From Camelus ferus (Eukaryota): a stretch of 64,000 nt of DNA. The translations under genes were made by a program, and so were the position numbers. The notes beneath the pieces are model-generated. The model made no database searches. It had not been told where the DNA came from and saw only the letters and a list, made by a program, of their open reading frames with translations. Shown in pieces: positions 26,770 to 39,000 of the stretch. Position 1 is the stretch's first letter; each line of letters starts with the position of its first letter. The DNA is taken from contig NC_045697.1 in the NCBI RefSeq assembly GCF_009834535.1, forward strand, positions 101,558,001 to 101,622,000, given 5' to 3'.

Positions 26770-27390
26770 TTCACAATTAACAAGAAAAATCAAGTGTCTG
26801 AAAAACTTAACTTCCCAGGTACCTTTTTACAAGAAGTTACTGAAGGATATGTTACACTAAAATTAAGTAAATAAGGCAAAAGAAGACATGGAATCAGTAC
26901 AAGGATCTAAAAGAGAAAAGAGATAAAAGGAATCTGTATGAACTTGTCAAAAGGAAGTCCCAATATGAGGGCCATGCAGAAAGTCTATGCCACACATCAC
27001 CATGGAACAGAATATTGACGGTTCCAGAAAGAATGCTTTTAGCAAAAAATAAGTAAAAAATCATGGTGAGGTTGATAGCAGATTATCTCAGAAGTTTGAC
27101 TGCTTAGAAAATTATATTCATAAATATTTTACAGAACTGTTAGGGAGTACAGTAAGACAGCTTTTAAGTTAAACAAAACCAAATAAATGGGAAAAAATAA
27201 GGCATTTATCAACTCCAAAGGGAAAAAGGTCTAACAACAAACTGTATTAATGTTATAATACTTGATTTCAGCAGTGAATACACACACACACAATCATAAT
27301 GAAAACACCAAAAACGGATTTAACCAAAAATTGTGGTATTATATTGGGGACTAGGAAAGGATAAAGAGAGAAAAATCCTCTTCTACCAAG
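26770..27390 (+). mobile_element. HAL1/L1ME-like fragment
   Basis: 'cttcccaggtacctttttacaagaagttactgaaggatatgttacactaaaa...gaagacatggaatc' resembles an old L1/HAL1 ORF1 end and its downstream UTR. Confidence 0.55.
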
Positions 27391-27392
27391 TC

Positions 27393-28505
27393 ATGAAAAG
27401 ACATGGATGAACTGTAAATACATATTGCTAAGTGAAAGAAGCCAACCTGAAAAAATAAATAATGGAAAATTGTATGAGTCTGGAAAGGGGAAGACTATAG
27501 AAATGATTTTTTGAAAATCAATTGTTGCCAGGTATTTGGAGATAGGGGAGATATGTTAAACACGTAAAGTACAGGAGATTTTTTTAGGGCATTGAAACTA
27601 TGTTGTATGATATTGTAGTAGTGGATACATGATACTAGGCATTTATCAAAACCCATAGAAATTTAGAGCACAGACAGTGAGCCTTAATATGTTAAATTTT
27701 TAAAAAATTATTTAGAAGGTTGGGAGAATCTCACAGTGGAATGCAGAATGTGGCAAAGCAACTTAACTGCATTACAGATGCATGAAATCACCTCACTTAA
27801 GAGGTTAGGGGAAAAAAAGGTGTTGACCTAAGTAACTCTGGAAACTAATGGGTGTTATAAATGAAAGCCAAGATAAATCCACATAAGCACCGTACTCTAG
27901 TTGATAATGTCGTTTGCCACAGAAGTACGGATTAACAATTCTGATACCGCTGCACATGAATACAAAAATTAAGCAATTAAGTAAGGAGATGGCAGATGGT
28001 GCAAGCCAGATTTCTCACTGTTGAAGTGAGACGTTTCACATAAGCAAGGGGAGGTGGCTAGAAGGATCCACATGGTAATGAATCAGGGTTGGAGACATCA
28101 CTATGAGCTCATGTTTATTTAGTGTAACACGACACAGATGGTTACATACAGAAATATTTATACTTCTAGACATTTTCAGATTTACATATTTCTATATAAA
28201 ATTATAGGTATTTGTATGTATACATAATATACTTAGGTTAATATACACTCATATATTTCCTTACTTTGTCATTTGAGAGAGCCAAGAAGTAACATCAGTC
28301 CAGTTCCAATGAGCACCTCTAGTGCCAGATCTTAGTTGCTAATACTATTCTCCAATGAAGGGAACCAGGGCTCCCTAGAGGAATGGTCTTGTACAGGAAA
28401 TATACAAAATAAACATGTAGTATTTTGTACTTCCAGAAAGTAAGAAACTTCTCAAATAAAAAAAAAAAAAACCCTCAGACAATGATTGATGGGTATGTAA
28501 AAGTG
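27393..28505 (+). mobile_element. L1MC (L1MC3-like) 3' UTR
   Basis: 'aagacatggatgaactgtaaatacatattgctaagtgaaagaagccaacctg', 'gtggatacatgatact', 'ggtgttgacctaagtaactctggaaa', 'gccagatttctcactgttgaagtg'. Confidence 0.85.
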
Positions 28506-28954
28506 ACACATTTTAAATTTTAAAATATTATATATTATATTACTATCATCTCATAATTTAAGTGTGAAGATGAACAAGTAATCAATTTTATAATAAATAA
28601 TATCTTGATTTCTATGTCATGCTAGCTTCTAAGTTTTGTCAAGGACTTTACTGGCATTATTTATTAACTTAACTGAAAGCCTTTAAGGGAGACAGAAATG
28701 CTATTAGAGCCGAAATCAAGATATTGATGGAAAAAGTGACTCAGCTTTATGGAACACAGGACTAATAGCCGAATCTTACAATTGTCGATTGTCTGACATT
28801 GTAATGATATTTGAAATTAATAGTCATTACATTTTAATTTCACTCCCATCAAACTTTGTGTTCTTAAAAAAAGTAGAGAGGCACTCTCCTACTCGATGTA
28901 AAATAGTATTCAAATTTATGCAAATTTAGAACAATTGGTTAAGATCCCTTTACT

Positions 28955-29160
28955 TAAAAAAAGAAAGGAAGGATCTTGGATATATTCCATAGTGTTTTAA
29001 AAGAAAAACAAAAGCTAATTCTTTAACAAATAGTGAAAAGGGATGTGCACTACAATGTCTTGATTTCTAATTATCAGAAATTATACAGGCTGGACCAATT
29101 TCACCAACAGATTTAAGGACTAGAAATGGGAAAATAGGAAAATCTTTCTACTGAAGATCT
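28955..29160 (+). mobile_element. Possible second CR1/L3 relic
   Basis: One frame from 28970 reads RILDIFHSVLKEKQKLIL*QIVKRDVHYNVLISNYQKLYRLDQFHQQI*GLEMGK*ENLSTED. The CR1 pattern is RILGYI..LVRPHLEYCVQFWSPHYQKDIDKLERVQ..GLENLSYEERL. Confidence 0.4.
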
Positions 29161-32100
29161 CTCCTTAGCTCCCTGATACAAAATACAATAGAGGATTGCA
29201 TTATCTGGTGAACTGAGGAATCTTAAATAGCTAATTGGGACCATTAGACATTTCCACAATTATTTAGGTAATTAAGACAAAAAATATTTTTGCCCAAATA
29301 ATCAGAATAAGTGTAGCCATAACTCTCATTAAGATGTTTCATAGCTATACAAATCATAAAATATCCTACTCATTTTGTCTGCCTAGCACAAAATTTAGTT
29401 AAGATTATTTAAGCCTCTTCCTTTCTAACCCCTAATCCTTCATTTCTTTTCATGCCTCCTTCTACCTCACAGCTTTCTCTTTATTTTATTTGACACCAAG
29501 CTACCCAACAAGCTGGGCTTCAGAACTCTTCCAACGCTGGATGCTGCTGGAGTTCAGCATGTTTTAAAATGACTCTCCTCCCTATTGGTATTTCTACAAG
29601 GGACACACCACCACACACAGCTACAGAAACCTAATATTAAAAGACTACAACTACCTACTCAGCTCTGGAAACACTCCTGGGCCAAACTCTAACTCAGTCA
29701 CATTGTTGTATACCTCATCTGTCGCCTTTCATGACTACCTAATTCTCCAAGCTTGATATCATGACACATTGTTCTGTAGTCCAGGAGTCACAGATTGAGA
29801 CCTCTATGGGAGCATTGGGCAAGGAGTGCTCCTCTCTTGTTCCCTGGCTTGCTTCTCAGCTAAATCTCCTTTAGACTGGAAAACCAGGACTCTGGTCCCA
29901 CTACTGTCTCGGATCTCTTCCTCCTTAGAATTTCACTTGCTTTGCCTCCATCACACCACAGCTGAGCTGATAAAATTCCCCGTGCTGAGTTACTGATCCA
30001 AATGAGATATATCCACAAGTCAGTTGGGAAGAAAACTGGTGACAAATCTTTGAAGCCCATTCAGCAATAGTTTTCAAAATTTTTAGTTTATAGTACTTTA
30101 AAATCAGAAGTTTTGGCAGTTCAGTGCTTGAAAAATATTAAAAAACCCACTAATCAACTTTTAACATCTCAGCAATAACGTAATCATTCCTATAGCTGGC
30201 ATCTCTACTCCTTAGGATTTCCTTCCTGGTAACAGGCAGGTAAACATTCTGGCCAAACACACCAGCAGGAGAGATGGCAGACACCATACCCAGGATACTC
30301 TTAACAGACTCAGTCCATCTCTCATTTACTGCCTGAAGTCTTTCTTCCCCCAAAGAACTCACTCTTTGTCCTCCATTTAAAATCCTCCCAAACTCCCCAG
30401 GAATCTCTTCTCCTTCAGCATGAAGCTCTGAAGACCATATGCTGCTTTGCGTTTAACTACATCTTTCTTTACTTGCATGTTGCTTTATTTATTACAGTTT
30501 AATGAATGGAGTGGAGAGGGGGGCTTCCCACAACCAGGTGAAGCAGCAGTGATGTCAGCACAGTTGAGTTTTGGAAAGTTTACTTTGCTCCACTTGGAAG
30601 AATCCCCAGTGGTTTTTGACTCACTTAATTTTTATGATCACAAGAATGTAAACTCTAAAGTTCTTCCCCGTTGTTTTCTGTGTCTTCATATACTTTATTG
30701 ACCAAGACATGGTCTCTTAAATCCACTAATACGATGCCATCGATTCTATTGTATTTCCATTATATGCTGATTATTTCTAAGCATAAGTAACAATAAACCT
30801 CTGGATAAATACACTTTATATGTGTATTACTGTCATAATAGATTTCCTTTCTAATTATAACTGTCATATAATGTTACATGGATCTTTAATCATCTTCAGT
30901 GAATTATCAGACAATTCATGTTGTCATTTGAGGGGTCTATTTTTTGTCCTGACCACACTTTCTTAGATAATCAAGAGGCAAATTTCTCACACATCACAGT
31001 AAACTCACAATCTTTACCAGGCATTATTTGGTCTTAAAATATGCTTCTAAATTCTTAATTGCATAGTAACTTTTAACCCATTCTGTATGGTGTCAAACAA
31101 CGCATCAGTCAACTTTCCATCTGACATATAACCTCACAGTAACTGTTAACAAAAAAAATTTTTTGCATATTGATGACAAATTAAAGCATTTCATTGTCAC
31201 CTATTAAAAACAACTGAATTAGAGTTTATTAATGAGGTATTAACAAAAGCTTATAGAATTTATTTATAGTAAAGTACTAACAAGTAATGCCCTTCTCCTT
31301 TTAGCCAACCATTCTCACCACTCTAGGAGTGTTTAGCTGTTACTTCAAATATATGTAGGTTAAGTTCAGATACACATTTTTGAGCAGGGCTGCTTCTAAA
31401 TGAAATCACTTCTTCTGAATGAATATATAAAAATTACTGATGTATCTGATTCCAAAGTAATACCACAGGATTCTTCCTTTAGAGCCTCCATCCATAATTT
31501 TATCACCATTCTTCTACAGTGAGAACTCTGATTCCTAGCAACATCAACGTGCTGGCTATCCCACTGGCCTGCTGCATAGTCCTGGAATGGGACAGTTTAG
31601 CTGCTCCAAGGTAGTTCAGGATACATGTCACAATCTTACAACACATGAATGAAGAAGTATCAGGTTTGGGTCTGGACCCAACTCTAAGTCCACTGTATCC
31701 AGTTCTCGAGGTAATAATATTGCCCTGGGTACTGTCGAGGTATCCTAGGCCACAATCCTATTTGTCTCAGTCCGAATGAACATCTAAGACGAGGATCAGC
31801 AAATAGGCTTAATTTTGCATGTGAACTCATTGATGGCTGCCTGGAGCAAATTCTTTGGAACATTTCTCAGGCCACAGATAGACTCACAGGAACAGTACCA
31901 AGAGAGATTATGTCTATGCATGGATTCAGAAAGGGGGAAATAACAACTTAAATATCCCATACTTACTGATCCTGATCTAAGGACTTCGGGGAAAAAACAG
32001 TTGAAATACCTAGCTCAGAAGTTCAAGTAAAATCTAACCTGGGATAAGAATAGTTTGTCTCTAGTAATCTGCACTCTCTCTCCCTACAGAGGAATTTTCC

Positions 32101-32815
32101 AATCTCTGTCTATGTTTCCGTTTATGTGTATCTCCCTCTCTTCATTTATTTCCTAATTCCTTTTGCTTTATCATAAAATAGAATTATAAATTTATTTAAT
32201 AAAACAATTCTTTCTTTCTCCTAAAAATTTCATATTAATTTTTATATAGTATCTTCTCCCAACCACAACAAAAGTTTCCAATTGATTTTTAAATTGTGTT
32301 TTTACTTTTATGTGACAGATGTTATTATTTTTAGTAGATCAATTCACCTTTAGGAGAAAAAGCATCCCATTTCCTTTTGAAGGATCATAGATTAGAGGTC
32401 ACCTGATCCACATAGACAAGTGTGCACAGGCCAGACTCTCCCTGGGGTTTGTCAGCCCAGCAACCACTGCCTCGTCTCCTTCACCTCAACTCACCTCCAA
32501 TTCTGATCATAGCTTCTTGATTTTTCTTTAGAAATCACAGATTACTATCTTCAGTCCATATAGTTAGGGGAAAAGGTAGGAATGGCCCCATCCCCAACAT
32601 CCAGAAGTACTGCATGTCACAGGTCTGGCCAATCCCAGTGGTCACAAAGGTTGGTTCAAGGAAGGGCAAATGAACCAACTTGGTCCAACTGAGATCAAAC
32701 CTGGGAATTTTGTGAAAATTACTGGGATGTAAAAAACTCTTTCTACTGAAGTCACTAAATTTAAAGGATGTAAGCCTGGCGCTGTGGGGTGGAGGAGACT
32801 ATTAAAACAGAACCT

Positions 32816-33036
32816 GTGCAGAAAAGGTAGACTAGAGGTTACCGAGGGCTGTGGAGGAGGGGAGAAGTGTTATTTAATGCACACAGTTTTGTTTGAGATG
32901 ATGAAAAGTTCTGGAAATAGATAATGGTGATGGTTGCACAACACGGTGAATATACTTAATGCCACTGAGTTGTAAACTTAAAAATCATTAAAATAGTAAA
33001 TTTTATGTTACGTATATTTTACCAGAATTTTAAAAA
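32816..33036 (+). mobile_element. L1MB-type 3' end inserted in the MLT1 LTR
   Basis: 'gatgatgaaaagttctggaaatagataatggtgatggttgcacaacacggtgaatatacttaatgccactgagttgt...tattttaccagaattttaaaaa'. Confidence 0.9.
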
Positions 33037-33059
33037 GCCATTAAAAATGTCCGATATAA

Positions 33060-33195
33060 ATCAACTCGTATAATCTCATAAAAATGCTCTGATACGTGTA
33101 GTATTATTCCCAAATAACAGATTTAACATTTAACAGGTTAAGTGACTTGCTCCAGGTCACACAGATGGTCAGCAGTAGCTCTAGGTGCCAAAGGA
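33060..33195 (-). mobile_element. MIR fragment (inside the putative transduced segment)
   Basis: 'gtattattcccaaataacagat...aggttaagtgacttgctccaggtcacacagatggt', the MIR core. Confidence 0.7.
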
Positions 33196-33904
33196 TCAAC
33201 CTGGTACAATTTCCAACTTCCTACATTCATACTTTGAAAAATAAAATAGAAATAAATAACCTACATAGAATAAAAATTTAAAACCGTTAAAAACAAATAC
33301 AAACAAACAAACAAAAACAGAGCCTACCCGTGAGTGAAGCATTACTAAGGAAAGTAAAGACAAATCAGAGAAAGATCTAGTCCTGATGAGGCCAAGAGAG
33401 TTTCTGGATCAAACTCCGACTGAGCCGGTGTTACTCAGAATTTTCAGGGTTATGAGCAAATAAGTTCCCATTTTTCCCTAATAACTTTGAGTTTGGCTTT
33501 TGCCAAAATCAACTAAAAGACCTTTGACTAGTAGAGAAATTTAACAATTTACAGAATGCTATGGCCCCCAAAATTCAGAAAACGCTGGGAAAAGGGCTGG
33601 CCTGATGAGGCTGTTCCCCACAAGAGGAACTACAGTAGGAGACTGAAGTCCTTTCCCTTTGGGATGAGGACTTTCAGAGACCAGAGAGTATTTAGCATGA
33701 GGCTAGCAAGAGATTACAGGCTGTATCCTTACCTCTAAAACCTAAAACCTTTGGTAATGATACTGAATTCATAAAACATTGCTCTGGATTTTTCCAAAGA
33801 ACTGTGAAGAATTTGGCTCCATCTTTAAATCGACGTTTAAAAGAAAAAGAGGAACTAGTATAAACTCAAGAGCAGAGAAGCAGAGAGAGGCAAGAAGAAA
33901 GCTG

Positions 33905-34175
33905 GCCAAAGCACACAAACTTCCAGTTATAAGGTGAATAAATGCTGGGGATAATGGCTAGCATGGCGATTGCAGCTAATAATGCACTCTTATGTCTTGA
34001 AATTTGCTAAGACTATGTCTTAAATGTTCTTAGTACTATAAAAAATGTTAACTATGTGAGGTGTTGGATGTGTTAATTTGATTGTGGTAATCATTTCACA
34101 ATGTATACATGTATTAAATCATCACGTTGTACACCTTTAAATAATCACAAACGACCTAAATTTTTTTAAAAAATA
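33905..34175 (+). mobile_element. L1MA9-like 3' end
   Basis: 'cacaaacttccagttataaggtgaataaatgctgggg...gtggtaatcatttcacaatgtatacatgtattaaatcatcacgttgtacacctt'. Confidence 0.85.
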
Positions 34176-35799
34176 AGTCACAGAAATTCACAGAAATCAG
34201 AAAAGGAGTCTCACAAACTCAAAAACTGGGGTCTCAGGACATGTTCAGCCAGATCTCTAAAGGGTGGGAGACTCAAGACAACATCTGTATTAGAGGATTT
34301 TGTGAGAAACATTCACTATCATGACTACCCAGTCTGGACTCAAAATCCCCACACTTAGTGGCTTGATTCAGATCCAGACTTGCTCTTTCTAGCCTTTCAT
34401 GGGACATCAATATGCCAGAATTCAACATTTTACTTGCTGATAGTGAGTTGTGGACAGAGATTAGGCTTGGATTAAAACAGAAAGTGAAAGGATGGTGTAA
34501 AGAAGAAAGTTCTTCCCAATCTTCAACACCTTTCAGAACAAGGTCCTTGAAATCTACCCACACTTTACTGGATGTTTGCTTAAAGGAGAAGTGAATCCAA
34601 AACCCAAAAACTTCACTCAGTTTTAGACAGAATTTACTTGGCAATTTTCCTGCAAGCATGCGGAAAAAGCCAACCAACTAACATTAGTGAGGTGAAAATA
34701 AAACAATCCTAGTATTTGATGACATCCCTGAGTAACTGAACTCAGATAACTGCCTCTGGATTTCTTATTATATTGACCAAAACAAACCCATACTTTAGTG
34801 GCTCTTGTCCAGATTTTTCATTTCCAGCAATCAAAAGAAATCCTAAATAATACACAAGGAAAAGATAAAAAATTGAAAAGTGAAACAAAGATTTTTTTAG
34901 TTTAGAAAATCTTCTTGGAGAAAAGAACTACATGTAAATATTGTGAATTAGGTCCCAGTAAGAAGACAACTGTGCTGTGTATCATGATCAAGGTACCAAG
35001 AGAAATCAAAGGCAAAAGGAATTCTAAAGTCAATGAACATCCCACTCAGTGAAATGCCATTTTTACAAGAGTACTTGACCTTCATGAGGCAGGCTTTTGA
35101 AAGTTTTTAAGAGTTTGTAAACCACTCAGATAAATTCCTTTTCAAAGGAAACTGTCCTTGTATTGGAAGAGCTCATTCATGAGAGAGACTAGAAAGAGCA
35201 CTTCAGTGCAGAATGGAAAAGCCACAGGTATGTCTTTGGATGGCCTAGAGATTATAGCAGCAAAGTTTTTAAATGGCAAGAAGAAAATGATACAAAATAC
35301 CCATGTTAAATATCTGATAGTGAAATCCCCTTAGAATTTTAAAAAGAAAGATGGAAAGAATATGCTTTTATAGGACCTAAAGATTTCTCACTCACTTGAG
35401 AATGACTCAGATTCCTCCTTTATTAAAAAAATTCTCCAGAAATTCTCCAACCAGGAAGCAAAAAAGTACAATGTAATAATTAAATAGATTTTTAGAGAGT
35501 GTAAGCAAAAACCTTTGGCAAAGTACTCCTAATCAGTACCATTACACGCTCCAACAAGATGGGCATTTACCCTCAGTAGACCTCAGTGTACTCATCTGTA
35601 AAAGGGGAAAAGGAGTTTGAACTAGATAATATCTAAGATCCACTATAATCCTAAAACTCTAAAATAATATATACTCTTATTACGTAAGTAAAATACATTC
35701 ATTAGAGAAAACTTATAAATACAGATTAGCAAAAAACAAGATAATATGGTTTTTCCAAAACCAAGGATGTCTTATTTGACTGTTTCTTTTAGAAACAAT

Positions 35800-36350
35800 G
35801 GGACAGAGGTTTGAGGATACCAAGAAACAGAGATGGATAAGAGATTTATTCATCTATTTTGTGCCCAAGGCCATGTTAGGTATGGGTCAGATTTACCTAG
35901 ACTGCTTCTCAACCAGCTACTGGTGAGAATTTTTCTTTCAAATAGGCACACTGTCTGGACCCTTCTCAGGACAAATATTTGGTGGGGGGAGGAGTTTCTT
36001 GTAGTCAAGCTTCATGGGCAGAAACTGGAAGAATAGTATTCTTAACCAATGACAAGTTCTTTTCTTGGCTCCATTAAGGCACTGAGAGGCAGTTTTTTTG
36101 TTCCCTAATAAAATCTTTAAAAGAACTATAAACCATAATTCCAGAAGAGAGAACATAAATACAGATCTCCGGACACTGTATGTTTCCTTACATAGCTGTG
36201 GCATTGAGCTTAAGAAAGCTAATGTCAATTTACTGGTCCCATTTTTTTCACAGAAGAAAGGTTTGTACATGTCCAATGTCAAAAATCTCCTCAGACCATA
36301 GCCATCATAGTATGAGGGTCTTCTGAGACAGTTGTACTAAAACAGATTTT
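35800..36350 (-). mobile_element. Probable ancient RTE-X/L4 LINE relic (RT thumb)
   Basis: Minus-strand translation ICFSTTVSEDPH..TLDMYKPFFCEKNG..FLSSMPQL..LLELWFIVLLKILLG..(frameshift)SALMEPRKEL parallels the RTE-X pattern GIxFSxxLSWxxH..IxRFFxxxGG..KVxPQLLYG..LExIQxxFLxxIL..LRxELG (from memory). Confidence 0.5.
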
Positions 36351-37339
36351 TTTGTCACTTAACCTATAACCATCTTTCTGTGTTGTTAAAAACATTTCTA
36401 TGTTATTATTTTTATTAAGGAGAATTAACTTTCTTTTGTCTTCTAATTACAAAAATAATACATCCTCCATGATTTATTAACTATTTTATCTTGGGCAATA
36501 TTTAAAATCAAAGTTTCAATATCCTTATCAACAAAATAAGAATAATATAATTCCTATCTTTTGTTGCAAAAACTAAAAGAAAAAAATTAATATATAAGTT
36601 ATTTATCACAATGCCAGACACATACTACTGTTATTGTATCAGTGCTTTTTAAAACTGAAATAGTAGAAAATATTATTTTTAAAATGTGAAAATAATCTAC
36701 TATTCTACCACCCATGTTAACTCCTTTTGACATTTTCTTTCAATCTTATTAGACTTGTCTCTAGGCATACATGAACATAATTGCTTATAGATGCAAATTC
36801 ACGCATTATTTTTGGGTTTAACAACTGAATTCCCCAGTGCTTCACAGAGTGTTAAATAAATAACTGCATAATGTTAAAAGCAGTAAGGAATCAATTAGTA
36901 AAAAAAACATAATTTCATGAAAAGTCTCTTGTATTTAGCCCTGACCAATGGAGCATTTATTTCATATAATGATTGACAAATAAAAAGTCAGTGTAAGAAA
37001 TAATTTTAATATTCTTTCATAGCATGTTATAACATGATTTAACTCTTAATTTTAAAAATATATGTGTGGGCTTATATTAATTACAATGGCTTGCCAGCAA
37101 GTAACAAAAATTGTAATTCCAATTAGGTTTAACAATGAGGACATTTATATCTTCACATAACTAGAAATCCAGAGACAGAGTATTCTTCAAGTTTGGCTTA
37201 ATGCAGTATATTGGGCTCAATTTCTTTGGGCCTTGACCTCCTCCAGGTTTTGGATTCATTTCCATGCTAGTAACAAGATGCAGAGGTTCCTTGTACCATG
37301 TTCACACATGAGAATGGCACAAGGGAAAATAATGGCTGA

Positions 37340-38235
37340 CTTCCAAAAGTTCTCTGGAAGTTCAGCGATAATGAGGTAATTAGTATCAGATTTATCCTCC
37401 TGCAGTCAGTAACAATAAAACTGGAAAAATATACGCAGTAAAAGTTTTTAAACATTAAACAGAAGAAAGCGTGGGACTGTGATCCTAGACTCAAAGAAAA
37501 CATATAAGTTAGGTTCTACTTTCACCCTGGCTTTTGTTGTAGGCACACTTGCAAACTGCCTCACAGAGAAGTAGAGCTTAAATCAGCTTTCCTGGGTATA
37601 GAATATAAACATTAGAGTTAGAGTTTGCTGAGATAATAGTTATTTGCTAGATGGGGTGCCAGAGAGGAGGGAGCTTTGCAGAGAGGGAAACACATAAATC
37701 TACGCAGAAGTTCTCTTGAGTTTTTGTCTAGATCCTTAGCTGTGTATCTGCAAGGATCAATTGCTAGGAGTCTGTAAGCTGAATGGAAAATCCAGAGATC
37801 ATACAATGCTGGCACTCTGACCTCCCATGTATCTTATATAATTCTCTAAGTATTCAACATCCTTTTAAGCATTTCCCAATGTGACCTCAGAACTTAGGAG
37901 TGGAGCATATCTAACCATAATGTAGGGGCTATTATAGACCTTGCAGACAAAACTGAAAACAATGCCTCAGAAGAATCAAACTGAATCATCACCAAATTAA
38001 CTTCCTACCAAAACAGTTATCAACACTTTATAGAGAAAGGTAAGATAATTTAGACTCTTAACATGACATCAACACTGTCCAGCATACAATAAAAAAATTA
38101 CTAGATGTATAAAGGCAAAGGAAAATCTGACTTTTAACCAGGAGGGGAAGAAAACAGTCCATAGAAATAGAAAAGTTCCAGATATGACAAAGATGTTGAA
38201 ATTAACAGGAAAAAAATTTTAAATATCTATAATAA
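37340..38235 (+). mobile_element. Old L1 (L1MC/ME) 5' region
   Basis: 'gtatcagatttatcctcctgcag...aaaactggaaaaatata' ... 'actgtccagcatacaataaaaaaattactagatgtataaaggcaaaggaaaatctgac...agatgttgaaattaacag'. Confidence 0.7.
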
Positions 38236-38539
38236 TCCCACTACATCACATTTTGAATGCTTGCCACTTTGTCTATTTTAGAGTAAAGAAGAAGTTCACA
38301 TCCCAAATCCCCAAATTTGAAAACAAGTGTTGTAATTTAGGGGCATCACTGTCAATCACCCAAGGTATAAAAGAAGGAGGCAGGTCTCAAAAAAGGAGAA
38401 ATAGGAACCCAATCATATCCACAAATCTTGACTATGGTTGAACCCCTTTTGTCTGCTTTATACTAATAGGGTGATGTTGGAGGCCATGGGTTGAGGATAG
38501 AAGGGGGGTCGGTGTTGGCAGGCATTATCATTTAAGAGA

Positions 38540-38780
38540 GAACTTGAGGGAATATGATGATGCATGCAAGCACCTTCCCTTTGCTGCAGAAGTAGCAAGA
38601 GGACAGAAGCTTGTCTTCAATCTTCCAAATCACATGAAGTTGCTTCTCCTTAACAGAATCTAACCCAGAATCTTTCTGGTCTTGAGTCTAAGAAATTTAG
38701 TTTCCAGACTTCCAATTTCTATAATACAGGGAATATCCTAGAAGAAAGGGAATGGAACTGAGTTTCCAACAGGCCATGAG
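38540..38780 (-). mobile_element. ERVL LTR33-like fragment
   Basis: 'caatcttccaaatcacatgaagttgcttctccttaacagaatctaacccagaatc...gaaatttagtttccagac'. Confidence 0.5.
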
Positions 38781-38819
38781 AAACATCTCTCATCATACCT
38801 GTTGGGCAATGCTTATAAC

Positions 38820-39000
38820 AATGCCTTACATCTTCAAAACATTTTCACACACACTTTCTTACTTGAGCTTGACAGTAACATGTGCTGATATGGCTGATAA
38901 TATTATCCTCATTTTACAATGGAAATAATTGACAGTAAGAGTGGTAGTGGATTTTCTTTTCTTTATTCATTCTACAACATGCTAGTTAGTGGAAAGACAT
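38820..39000 (-). mobile_element. MIR SINE
   Basis: 'caaaacattttcacac...tattatcctcattttacaatggaaataattgac...acatgctagttagtgg'. Confidence 0.65.

Larger units (their letters stand above)
32480..34855 (+). mobile_element. Partial MaLR provirus: MLT1J/K-like 5' LTR (32480-33535, interrupted), internal sequence, 3' LTR remnant (~34690-34855)
   Basis: LTR motifs 'ttggttcaaggaagggcaaatgaaccaacttggtccaa', 'ggatgtaagcctgg', 'gagcaaataagttccc...aaaagacctttgactagtaga'. Second LTR end 'gcaatcaaaagaaatcctaaataataca'. Confidence 0.65.

Noticed and set aside
35148..35227. 80-nt exon-like segment (aag|...cag|gtatgt)
   Set aside because: The acceptor is weak, the open-frame peptide is unrecognised, and no partner exons were found.
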